NCBI GenBank assembly: GCA_963665815.1
Contig: OY762463.1
Coordinates: 2,720,001-2,784,000 of the forward strand
Length of the DNA: 64,000 bases
Reading direction: 5' to 3'
From: Candidatus Cloacimonadales bacterium
GTDB taxonomy: Bacteria > Cloacimonadota > Cloacimonadia > Cloacimonadales > JAIOQZ01
The notes beneath the pieces were generated by a model. It made no database searches. It was not told the origin of the DNA and worked only from the letters and a program-made list of their open reading frames with translations. The translations under genes and the position numbers were made by a program. How positions within the stretch are numbered: the first letter of the stretch is position 1; each line of letters starts with the position of its first letter. Shown here piece after piece: positions 1 through 9,157 of the stretch.

Positions 1-10
1 GTAATCGATT

Positions 11-457
11 TCATTTTCGATTCCTCCTTTTGTTTTTATTATCTCTGATTTTTTTATTAAATCTTTCATTGAAGAACTCTTTGGCTTGTTCAGCAGTCAT
101 TTCAGATCTGATTGTTATAAGATGTTCTCCAATACTTTTTTCCATTTCTGCTTGAATATTAAGTCCTTGCTGGAATATATATCTTGCTTTTTCAGGCGAA
201 AAGTTTTCAGATACAAGTTCTTTCATAAATTCTCGTTTTTGCTTTCGATATTCAATCATTCTTTGTCTCGCTTCATGTTTTCCTTCTTCCATCATTTTGT
301 CCAGACGCGGAGGGTGATGGTGATCTCTGAACTCGAAGCCATCCGGATGTCCAGGATGAGGTGGTCTGTTTTTAATGTGAATTATAGTTGATACGATAAA
401 TGCAGCATTAAAGCTGATTGATATCAATAGAATAGTGTATAATATTGTCTTTTTCAT
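11..457 (-). CDS. Periplasmic Spy/CpxP-like (heavy-metal sensor type) protein with N-terminal TM helix
   Basis: N-terminal hydrophobic helix, His/Pro-rich linker, helical body ending MTAEQAKEF; third gene after ECF sigma and anti-sigma. Confidence 0.6.
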   Translation of the reverse strand: MKKTILYTILLISISFNAAFIVSTIIHIKNRPPHPGHPDGFEFRDHHHPPRLDKMMEEGKHEARQRMIEYRKQKREFMKELVSENFSPEKARYIFQQGLNIQAEMEKSIGEHLITIRSEMTAEQAKEFFNERFNKKIRDNKNKRRNRK

Positions 458-843
458 TATTCTATTCCTCCAAGCAACGAAACATATGACTCTTGTCCAA
501 GTGCCAGTTCATAGGTTTCTGAATCTTCGGTAGTTCTTAAGTCACCGAAATATACGCCACCCAGCAAGGCAATCATAACTGAGGCTGCCACTGCCAGACG
601 ACTGAAAATATGGACTTTTCTTCTCGCTCCTGATGTCTGGGACAGTACTTTATTAACCAGAGAATCTGAGACAGCTTCAACTTCAAAATCATTAAGAAAC
701 GCATTTACAGAAAGTATTTCGCTGAGTTCCTGTTGACATGCCGAACAGGTTTTCAGATGATCCTGAACTTCTGATGATTGTTTTTCATCAAGTTCATGAT
801 CTGCGAATGCGTTTAATTTTTCTTTTACTTCTGAGCATCTCAT
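457..843 (-). CDS. Zinc-finger (zf-HC2) anti-sigma factor
   Basis: MRC...LNAFADHEL...HLKTCSAC (HxxxCxxC) plus one TM helix; start moved to 843 behind AGGAG. Confidence 0.9.
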   Translation of the reverse strand: MRCSEVKEKLNAFADHELDEKQSSEVQDHLKTCSACQQELSEILSVNAFLNDFEVEAVSDSLVNKVLSQTSGARRKVHIFSRLAVAASVMIALLGGVYFGDLRTTEDSETYELALGQESYVSLLGGIE

Positions 844-869
844 CGTTCTCTCCTTTTTCTTATTTATAC

Positions 870-1367
870 TCATACAGTTTGAATTTCCTGCGAAATAATT
901 TTCTTTAATTTCCTTTTTGCACGAATCAGCAAAGAATCTACGGCAGAAGCGGTTGAATCCATGATATCTGCTATTTCCTTATAGCTCTTCTTTTCGTAGA
1001 ACTGTAGATTAATTGCCTGACTTTCTCGTTCGGAAAGTTCCATCAGAGCTTTTCTTATTTTATCATTTTTGTTTTCTGCAACTCTTTCAGTATACATATC
1101 TTCATCTCCTGAAATGCTGTTATTGATAATATCCTGCTCTTTTTTCTTCTTTTTTGAAGAATGCTTATAGTAGTCAACAATTCTATTATGTGCAATTCTG
1201 TATATATAAGCTGACAGGGTCTTTTCGTCTACTTTGTCATATGACTTATACAAAGATACAAAAACGGATTGGAAGATATCTTCAGCATCTTCTCTATTCG
1301 ATACATTTCGGCTGATGTATCGGAAAATTTTGTTTTTGTATTCCTGAACAGCTTGCTCAAATTTCAT
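870..1367 (-). CDS. ECF RNA polymerase sigma-70 factor
   Basis: Region 2 (DAEDIFQ, YIYRIAHN) and region 4 (SYKEIADIM...RAKRKL); ATG at 1367 behind AGGAG. Confidence 0.92.
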   Translation of the reverse strand: MKFEQAVQEYKNKIFRYISRNVSNREDAEDIFQSVFVSLYKSYDKVDEKTLSAYIYRIAHNRIVDYYKHSSKKKKKEQDIINNSISGDEDMYTERVAENKNDKIRKALMELSERESQAINLQFYEKKSYKEIADIMDSTASAVDSLLIRAKRKLKKIISQEIQTV

Positions 1368-1472
1368 TCTTATATTACTCCTGCCGTGCATGAAAATACT
1401 CCAGAACACTGCAATTTTAAAAAACTTCAATATATAATACTTAATTTTTATTGATATCCTGCAATCTTTTAT

Positions 1473-1502
1473 TTGACAATTTTTGAAAATTTCAATTATA
1501 CT
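1473..1502 (+). promoter_or_regulatory. Putative sigma-70 promoter of the cNMP-histidine kinase
   Basis: TTGACA (1473-1478), 18 nt spacer, TATACT (1497-1502). Confidence 0.5.
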
Positions 1503-1509
1503 ATCTTCT

Positions 1510-1664
1510 GAGAGCTTTGCATAATTGCACAATCAAGCAGCCAGGGAAAAGTATCGATGAGATTTTTGAATTCATCAAGAAATGTCTTCAGAGAAGTTCA
1601 TCTTTGAGTCAGTATTTGATGAATTCAAAAATTGAGTCAGCTACCCCAATAATGCAAAGATCTC
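1510..1664. mobile_element. MITE-like element, copy 1
   Basis: Imperfect 18-bp terminal IR GAGAGCTTTGCATAATTG / CAATAATGCAAAGATCTC; internal perfect 17-bp IR (1562-1578/1616-1632); both ends homologous to 3219-3363. Confidence 0.7.
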
Positions 1665-1693
1665 CTTATGACCGACATTGACAAGGAGAAAAT

Positions 1694-2800
1694 ATGTTCG
1701 CTGAGATTCTTTCTAAAGTAGTCTTTTTTCAGGGGTTGAATCCCAAAGAAATTGAAGATATCACAAGATTTTTTGAGAATATTGATTTCAAAAAAGGAGA
1801 TACAATATTTTCTGAGGGTGATTCCGGAGAAAGTTTATTCATTATTGTTGACGGAACAGTTGAAATTGCACTTGACCTTGAATCTGATTCTAAGGAACGG
1901 GCTGAACTGAGAGAATTCTCTTCCGGTGAGTACTTTGGAGAGATGGCACTGATTGATGATAAACCGAGATCTGCTTCAGCTGTTGCAGTTACTGATGTTA
2001 AAATGTTTTGCCTTGATAAGAATGATTTTCAGGCAATTTGTGTGAAATACCCGAAAATTCTGAATAATCTTGTAAAAACCATGTCATTCAGATTGAGAAC
2101 AACTAATGATCAGGTCGCAGATGTATTCAGTAAACTTCTCCATAAAAACAGACTTGCCGCTTTAGGTGCAACTGCCGGTAAAATAGTGCATGATATGAAA
2201 AATCCTATAGCATCTATTGTACTAAATGCGGATTTCATTCTTCAGAAGTATCCGGAAACTCAAAAATACATTGCCAGAATAATTGGTCAGACAGAATTCA
2301 TGAATTGCTTTGTTCAGGAGATTCTGGAATATGCCAGAGGTAGAATGATTCACCTGCAGATTGATAAAGTGCATCTTGACGACTTCTTTGAAACAATTAA
2401 AAACAATCTCCTTTATATGACTGAAAGAACAAACATCAAGATAAATGTTGATAACAAGATCAATAAAACTATTGCATTTGATGTGATGCGTATGAACAGG
2501 ACAATAACCAATATAGTTAAAAATGGAATTGAAGCTATTGGCATTAATGGAGAAATCAATGTAACTGCTGAAGAAAAAGAAGGCTTTGCGTTAATAAGGA
2601 TTTCTGATAACGGTCCTGGAATAAGTGATGAAATTATTGATAAAATATTCGATCCGTTCGTTACTCAGGAGAAACCAGAAGGTACCGGACTGGGGCTTGC
2701 CATTGCAAGAAAAATTATAAAAGACCATGGTGGAGATCTTATAGGATATAACAGCGATATTGGTGCTGTATTTGAGATTACAATACCTTTGAATCTATAG
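1694..2800 (+). CDS. Cyclic-nucleotide-binding domain sensor histidine kinase (cytoplasmic)
   Basis: cNMP motif FGEMAL...PRSASA; H-box VHDMKNP; N box, DNGPG and GTGLGL boxes; no TM helix. Confidence 0.93.
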   Translation: MFAEILSKVVFFQGLNPKEIEDITRFFENIDFKKGDTIFSEGDSGESLFIIVDGTVEIALDLESDSKERAELREFSSGEYFGEMALIDDKPRSASAVAVTDVKMFCLDKNDFQAICVKYPKILNNLVKTMSFRLRTTNDQVADVFSKLLHKNRLAALGATAGKIVHDMKNPIASIVLNADFILQKYPETQKYIARIIGQTEFMNCFVQEILEYARGRMIHLQIDKVHLDDFFETIKNNLLYMTERTNIKINVDNKINKTIAFDVMRMNRTITNIVKNGIEAIGINGEINVTAEEKEGFALIRISDNGPGISDEIIDKIFDPFVTQEKPEGTGLGLAIARKIIKDHGGDLIGYNSDIGAVFEITIPLNL

Positions 2801-2945
2801 AGAACAAAGATAAATTACAATAAGTGTGTTAATTTTATGCTGCTTTAAGAAGGTTATTCCTATAAAGTTAAAGAAATTTCTTGCCATAAATGAGTTAGGT
2901 TTGTTTTTTGTCACAATTGAATAAACAAAAAAAAGAAGGTGAACC

Positions 2946-3137
2946 ATGTCAAGAGTATGTGATGTATGTGGAAAAGGCTCACAGGTTGGAAATCATAGAA
3001 GTCATGCAATGAATGCTAATAAAAGAAGATTTTATCCAAACCTTCAGAAAATTAAGGCAGAAATTGATGGTAAAGTTAAAGCTATCAAGATATGTACATC
3101 TTGCCTGAAAGCCAATAAAGTTAAAAAAGTTGTATAA
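2946..3137 (+). CDS. rpmB: 50S ribosomal protein L28
   Basis: [10 protein letters not shown]...GNHRSHA...RRFYPNLQ...CTSCLK. Confidence 0.97.
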   Translation: MSRVCDVCGKGSQVGNHRSHAMNANKRRFYPNLQKIKAEIDGKVKAIKICTSCLKANKVKKVV

Positions 3138-3160
3138 ATATTAACTATCACACTATTTTT

Positions 3161-3189
3161 AGGCTGTTGAATCTCAACAGCCTTTTTTT
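3161..3189 (+). terminator. Intrinsic terminator of rpmB
   Basis: AGGCTGTTGA-ATC-TCAACAGCCT plus T run. Confidence 0.85.
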
Positions 3190-3218
3190 ATGCTTTCCTT
3201 ATCTCTTAAATTCAATAT

Positions 3219-3363
3219 GAGATCTTCACAAAATAGAATAATTAAGCAGCTTTAGCATAATGAAACAACTTTAAAAAACTATAAATGAGATTATAGACAT
3301 ACTTAACAGGATAGCCCTTTTTGGGTTAAATTGAATCAACTAAGCCAATCATGCAAAGATCTC
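3219..3363. mobile_element. MITE-like element, copy 2
   Basis: Ends GAGATCTT / AAGATCTC; last 36 nt match copy 1 at 31/36 positions; left end also aligns without gaps. Confidence 0.65.
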
Positions 3364-4371
3364 ATTATAAACTTTTTCCATTAATTCAAAAACATCCATT
3401 CCGCTTACATAATTTTTTCTAAGCTTATGCAAAACTTCCGGGAACCAGACAAATCCGTCTCCATCTTCAAGAATTATGCAGGTATACATTTCTGCAGTCA
3501 TTTCAGTGATCTGATAAAGTAGATTTTCGTCTACATCCTGATACTTTTCATAAAATTTATTCCTGAATGGTAGAATATATCTGATTAGAAGTTCGTGCAG
3601 GACAAAATGTCTGAGATCCTCGTTTCTCCTGTTGAAATAGTGAAGATTCTTATCATAACCTAAATCCATGGCATCTGGACCATTCTCAATTGAAGAACAT
3701 AAAGATATTCTGAATTTGTCCTCATCAAAATCTGTGGCCGTTAATTCTGAAATCCTGTCAAAAGGATAGAATTGATTCAGGAAGATATTTAATGAATCAG
3801 CTTTGGATTGCAGTATTGTTTCTTGTTCTTCCCAGATATTCGTCAGATAAGAGTCGTAATTGTTGAGGATAACATCACAGATTTTTACAGAGTTTTCAAT
3901 ATCTTTCTCTGGTGCCGAATTGATTAATTCTGCTAAGTAACTATGGAAATCACCAAATTGTTTTCTGGCATAATCCAGATCAGAACTGTATTTTTCCTCA
4001 AACTTCTTCCAGTCCTGGTGCTCAAATACACATTTTAACTCATGGAAGTATTCATGGAAATCTTCATCTTCGAGGTTCATATAGCTTGGGAAAAAGATAA
4101 ACATCCACGCAAAATTGTACTGATACTGCGAAGGAATTTCTATCAGTTGAGATGAATTCTTCAGTAATTCTCTATCTTCTGAGGAAAGGCAGCTCTTGTA
4201 CTTCTCTGAATAGGAGTTATCATAACCAATATTTGTCACAGACAGAAGATGGAACAGATAATTAGGTGTTGATTCAGCACATACCTCAAATGATTTATCA
4301 AGTGCATTGTTCTTAGTCATGCATCCTCCCAGCAATAACAGTATTGTTAACAAACATATAATGATTCTCAT
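3349..4371 (-). CDS. Hypothetical lipoprotein, possibly zincin-like
   Basis: Lipobox LGGC; long ORF; FVLHELL segment resembles a degenerate HExxH. Confidence 0.6.
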   Translation of the reverse strand: MRIIICLLTILLLLGGCMTKNNALDKSFEVCAESTPNYLFHLLSVTNIGYDNSYSEKYKSCLSSEDRELLKNSSQLIEIPSQYQYNFAWMFIFFPSYMNLEDEDFHEYFHELKCVFEHQDWKKFEEKYSSDLDYARKQFGDFHSYLAELINSAPEKDIENSVKICDVILNNYDSYLTNIWEEQETILQSKADSLNIFLNQFYPFDRISELTATDFDEDKFRISLCSSIENGPDAMDLGYDKNLHYFNRRNEDLRHFVLHELLIRYILPFRNKFYEKYQDVDENLLYQITEMTAEMYTCIILEDGDGFVWFPEVLHKLRKNYVSGMDVFELMEKVYNEIFA

Positions 4372-4510
4372 AATGTAGCCTCTTAGCCAGAGCAAAACAG
4401 GTTTAACTCATTTGTCAATCGTTATATCAAATCTTTGTATTGAACAAAAACTCCTTGACCATACAGACATGTATCGTAAGACTCCTTTATTAACAAGAAA
4501 AGGTGCACAG

Positions 4511-5698
4511 ATGAGTATTTTTGGAAAGAGGGCTTTAATGTCAATATTATGGCTTACCATTTTAATTCTATGCAATTGCAGTAAAGATGATACATGCAGA
4601 GTTATAGTAGATAATAATGGTGTTAAGCATTACTTGAATACAGGGATTCCGACTGACAAAAAGTTTAACGTGAAACTCAATAAAGTTGGAGAGATTAAAG
4701 GATATGATGAGTCAAATAATCCTGATACAACCTCATTCTATAATGTGAAGCAGATAATATTTGATGATATGGGATCAACTTATGTATCGGATAATTCTAC
4801 TCTGTCAATCAAGAAGTTTGACTCTGAGGGAAATATGTTAACGAGTTTTGTTAAATCAGGAAATGGTCCCGGTGAAGTCGATGGAGATATTGGGCATATT
4901 TACGTTGTGCAGGATACATTCTATCTGTCATTATTTTATGGAGTGATGAAGTTCACATTGGATGGAGAGTTTGTTAAAACCGACCAGGTTACAGGACTTT
5001 ACATTCCTGTTGCAACTTGTCTCAATGATTCTCTTTTATACGTTTCAGCTCTGGATCTTGATAAGAGAGGGGACGACAGACTAAAAGATAACTATTTAAT
5101 AGATAAGTGCATGATTACTGACAAAAATCTAAATGTCCGGGATACTCTGTTTTGCGGAGAACGAACTTTTTTGGAGGTTTTTGAGAAAGACACTGATCAG
5201 GGATTCTTTGCAGGAAAGATATCAACATTCAGTTCATCTGAGGTTTTTCTTGCTAAACGTAGTTTCAACAACTATGAAATTGATTGTTTTAATTTTAACG
5301 GCAGTCTGAAAAGTGTTATTGAGTTTCCTGCAAGCTTCTCTGAATATTCAGAATCAGAAAAAAACTATATAAAAACCAACTACGGCTATATTGCTCATAA
5401 TGATACCGGTAAACTTAATACTATGACAGAAAGTAAGGTTCAGATAGCCAGTTTGCATTATGATAAGGTGAATGATTACCTCTGGGTTGAGAAAGTTATG
5501 AATCTGGATGATCAGACAACAGAATTTGATATTTTCAAATCCGGTAAATACATTGGCAGTTTCACATATGGGATGACAGTAGAATCTTTTGAACCATTGA
5601 GAAACAAATCCTGGTTTATGATAAATGCTGGAAAACTGTATTTTTACGACAAAACGGAAAATGCAATTGATATATATGAGATAGGGTATCAATTGTAA
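4511..5698 (+). CDS. 6-bladed beta-propeller (NHL-like) lipoprotein
   Basis: Signal peptide with Cys; YVSDN...IKKFD...SGNGPGE motif. Confidence 0.75.
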   Translation: MSIFGKRALMSILWLTILILCNCSKDDTCRVIVDNNGVKHYLNTGIPTDKKFNVKLNKVGEIKGYDESNNPDTTSFYNVKQIIFDDMGSTYVSDNSTLSIKKFDSEGNMLTSFVKSGNGPGEVDGDIGHIYVVQDTFYLSLFYGVMKFTLDGEFVKTDQVTGLYIPVATCLNDSLLYVSALDLDKRGDDRLKDNYLIDKCMITDKNLNVRDTLFCGERTFLEVFEKDTDQGFFAGKISTFSSSEVFLAKRSFNNYEIDCFNFNGSLKSVIEFPASFSEYSESEKNYIKTNYGYIAHNDTGKLNTMTESKVQIASLHYDKVNDYLWVEKVMNLDDQTTEFDIFKSGKYIGSFTYGMTVESFEPLRNKSWFMINAGKLYFYDKTENAIDIYEIGYQL

Positions 5699-5930
5699 AT
5701 AAATATTTTAGAATATATTAATAGTTTGTAAGCAGATTGTTGATAAAAGCACTTTATGCTATCAGATCTATGTATTATTACTGATGATTAAATAAAATTG
5801 TAAAGCTCAATCTATAATTTAATTGACAAATACTTTTAAAAATGTGTGTAATAGTCCATTCAGTGTCGAAATGCTGAAATCTTACTGATATCAGAACTTC
5901 TTAACAATTTAACATTTGCAAGGAAAAATT

Positions 5931-6494
5931 ATGAGCTCAAAAAAAATTAAAATATTTGCGGTTGTCAGTATAGTTATATCAATAATTTCTTTTTTCTTAC
6001 CATGGATAGGTGCAAAAGCAAAATCATACGGTCCAAATATGTTGAAGATTTCGTTTAAGCACCTCGATTTTGGAGATTTATCTTCCGATTTCATCATACT
6101 TGGTGTTGCATACATTGTTATATTGTTATTACCAACATTATTGTGTATTTCTAACTTATTATGTGTATTTAATAAAAGATCTTTCAAAAAAGCTATTCCT
6201 ATTTTGGCACTGATTGTATGGTTTGGGCTGATTGTAACAGTTGTAGCTAATAGTAGAGGGGGCATCTTCTCAAATGGATTCGGAATGTCACATATCAGCT
6301 CTGGAATTATTGGATCTCTCGTCAGTATGCTGCTTGTTACCATAATGTCTATAATGGGAAGCAAGAAGGAAGTTATGGTAACAGAGGAGTCTAATGAATT
6401 AATGAAAAGATGTCATAACTGTAACACTGTTCTTGAGAATGGTGCCCGTTTTTGTGTTGAATGTGGAAAGGCTGTGGAGACTTCAAATGAATAA
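5931..6494 (+). CDS. Membrane protein with C-terminal zinc ribbon
   Basis: About 4 TM helices; CHNC...ARFCVECG. Confidence 0.8.
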   Translation: MSSKKIKIFAVVSIVISIISFFLPWIGAKAKSYGPNMLKISFKHLDFGDLSSDFIILGVAYIVILLLPTLLCISNLLCVFNKRSFKKAIPILALIVWFGLIVTVVANSRGGIFSNGFGMSHISSGIIGSLVSMLLVTIMSIMGSKKEVMVTEESNELMKRCHNCNTVLENGARFCVECGKAVETSNE

Positions 6495-6867
6495 GAATAA
6501 TATTGTTTTGGTTGTATTGCTAATCGTTATTGGTTCAGGCTTTATGATCATGAGTTTTGTTAGAATGCAGCCTACTAAAGCTGAAAGGACAATTGGTATG
6601 ATTAACGATGTTGCGGAAAGTTTTGTAGGGGAAAGAATTAACTATCGAAGCAATATTAGCGGATCATCAATACTCCTGATGGTAATCGGTGCAGTATTAG
6701 TAGTAGTTGGAATTTTATTTGCTGTCAAAAACAAAAAAAACATACCTGAGATAAGCATATCAGAGACACGAAAAGAATTTTGCCCAAATTGTGGAAAACC
6801 ATTATCGGAAAATAATAAGTTCTGTGCGGCCTGTGGAGCAAACTTAGTAAAGGAGCATTTGATATAA
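6487..6867 (+). CDS. Membrane protein with C-terminal zinc ribbon
   Basis: 2 TM helices; CPNCG...KFCAACG; start overlaps upstream gene end. Confidence 0.8.
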   Translation: MNKNNIVLVVLLIVIGSGFMIMSFVRMQPTKAERTIGMINDVAESFVGERINYRSNISGSSILLMVIGAVLVVVGILFAVKNKKNIPEISISETRKEFCPNCGKPLSENNKFCAACGANLVKEHLI

Positions 6868-6882
6868 TTTTATTAAAAGTAA

Positions 6883-7809
6883 TCACTCCAGCACATATTT
6901 ATAAACAATCTGCCAGTATGTTGATACATAAAGCTCATTATCAATCAGGCAAGCACAGTTTATTCCGCTTTGCATTGGAGCTATCAGTTTATAATCCCGA
7001 AGCAGTTCTCCTGTGTCTGTGAATTCCAGAGCAAAACTGTATGAATCGTCTTTCGCTTCGTTAAGGTAGTAACCTGTTATTAAAAATCCATTGACCGTTG
7101 CATCAATAGATCGTATGCTTTTGGAAGATATATCAATCCAGTCCGGGTATTGGCAGTTAACAAGACGATGCTGACCTTTTTCAAGAATGCTGCATGTCTG
7201 CATCTGTGTATGAGCAAGATAAACTTTTTGATTTTTGAAATCACTCAGGTATTCTATAGCATTCATTTCATCCGGATTGAATCCGATTGCATTCTGGAAA
7301 TTTTTGTAAGTATCAAGAGTGTCCAGTGTTTCTCCATTGATTTTCACGAGATTTACTTCCGGGAATCGCATGTGAGTAAGTCCATATAGATTGTTTTTGT
7401 ATGAATCAATTTCAACAAGAAATCTATCAAGTTTATAATCATGAACATACTCCAGGTCTTTGGTAAAAACAACCAGTTTTCTTTGAGCAATATCATTTAT
7501 GTAGATGGAATCATTAGACAGGGTGAAAGACAAAGCTGAAGTGAGTTCGCCCGGTCCATTACCTTCACTGCCAATTTTTCCGGTTGATTCCAGGGATTTT
7601 CTGTCATAAACAAGCACGCAGTATTGACTTGCATCAAGCAGGTATATATTGTTCAGATCAGCATTGATTTCCACAATTCCCTGTAAATAATATTCATCTT
7701 GCTCCTGCCATCCGAGGGAATCAACAGGATTCAGCGATACGGTCTTGTTGGAGTTACAACCGAACAGGAACAGAATAACATACGACAGGAACCAGTATTT
7801 TAACTTCAC
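6883..7809 (-). CDS. 6-bladed beta-propeller lipoprotein
   Basis: Lipobox LFGC; IYLLD...GSEGNGPGE. Confidence 0.75.
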   Translation of the reverse strand: MKLKYWFLSYVILFLFGCNSNKTVSLNPVDSLGWQEQDEYYLQGIVEINADLNNIYLLDASQYCVLVYDRKSLESTGKIGSEGNGPGELTSALSFTLSNDSIYINDIAQRKLVVFTKDLEYVHDYKLDRFLVEIDSYKNNLYGLTHMRFPEVNLVKINGETLDTLDTYKNFQNAIGFNPDEMNAIEYLSDFKNQKVYLAHTQMQTCSILEKGQHRLVNCQYPDWIDISSKSIRSIDATVNGFLITGYYLNEAKDDSYSFALEFTDTGELLRDYKLIAPMQSGINCACLIDNELYVSTYWQIVYKYVLE

Positions 7810-7812
7810 AAG

Positions 7813-8775
7813 TTAATCCTCCATTTTGAGTTTATAAACTACACTTGAAAATGCATCAGAAATTAATACGTAATCATCTCTGACATCAAGTACGGATAAT
7901 CCGGTAAGAATGTGGTCCGGAATATGGTATACCTTTACCAGATTCAGGTCATTGTCATAAACCTGCAGATATTCTACCATACCAAGGTGCTTTTTGTGTT
8001 CTGCAGAAGACTCTGTTTTAATAGCATCATCATTATCTTTATGCACTGCTATCAAATAGAGCTTGCATTCATATCCGTTGCAGGCAGAGATTTCGGAAAT
8101 ATCCTGATTTTTAACACATTTGAATGGTGTTAAACTACTGTCTGACACATTGAACATGTTGAATTCAGTATTATTCATCATTGTGAGGATGAGTTTATTG
8201 TCAAAAGCTCTGAAAAACTTGTAGTATTTTGACATTCCTTTATCTTCAATCATTTTCCCTATTTTTATGTCATGCAGTATACTGTCGTTTTTGATTTTGG
8301 ATATCTTCAGATCCGGTCTTTTGAAATAGTTCATCACATATAAGGTATCTTCCATAGACTGAATACAATATGGTAAAGGATATCTGAATGAATCTATGTA
8401 ATCGCCTTCAAGAGTGAACTTCTGGATTCTACTGTTTGCTGCATCACAGATATAGATTGTGTCGTTGGCAATACACAGATCAAATGCTACTTTGAATTCT
8501 CCCGGTCCACTGCCTTGCTTACCAAATGAACGAATATATTTAAAACTCTTGTAATCATATAAAGAAACACGTGATTGTTCAAGTATATAGATTATATTTT
8601 TATAAGATTTCACAGTTATAATATTCCCAATGACATTTTCTGCATTGTCATTCCAGTTCAGGGAGTCAACAAGCAGTATATTTCCCTCAAGTTTAGTTTC
8701 CTTTGAACAGGAAATGCACAAGCTTACTGTAAAAATGATTATTAAAGCAGTGGATAAAAGTATTGTTCTTTTCAT
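7813..8775 (-). CDS. 6-bladed beta-propeller (NHL) lipoprotein
   Basis: Lipobox CISC; FGKQGSGPGEF...IYICDAANSRIQKF. Confidence 0.8.
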   Translation of the reverse strand: MKRTILLSTALIIIFTVSLCISCSKETKLEGNILLVDSLNWNDNAENVIGNIITVKSYKNIIYILEQSRVSLYDYKSFKYIRSFGKQGSGPGEFKVAFDLCIANDTIYICDAANSRIQKFTLEGDYIDSFRYPLPYCIQSMEDTLYVMNYFKRPDLKISKIKNDSILHDIKIGKMIEDKGMSKYYKFFRAFDNKLILTMMNNTEFNMFNVSDSSLTPFKCVKNQDISEISACNGYECKLYLIAVHKDNDDAIKTESSAEHKKHLGMVEYLQVYDNDLNLVKVYHIPDHILTGLSVLDVRDDYVLISDAFSSVVYKLKMED

Positions 8776-9157
8776 ATATAATGTTCTCCTTACTATATAA
8801 TAGTTGTCAGGTACAACTTTTTGAAACGTTCTGGATGTGCAGTATACACTTGATTCTGCCCTTAATATAGACTTAAATTACCTTATAACCAGATATAAAA
8901 TATTGATATAATGAATATTCTGTCAATGTACTATTTTGTTTTTTGAATTTATACAGGATTCCATTAAAACAGCAGTAATAGCAACAATCAGATCAAATTA
9001 ACTAAATTTGATATTTCTTCATTTTACTAATGGCTTTAGTTTCTGAATATTGCACAGTATTAATATATAAAATATATTATTTCAATAAATAACACTTGCC
9101 ATGAAAAACTAATTATAATATATAAGTTTACCATATACCCATTAAAGGAGCACGTAC

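Noticed and set aside
866-892. GCAG-N18-GTA as an ECF promoter motif (also near 33437)
   Set aside because: Too short and too few instances to distinguish from chance
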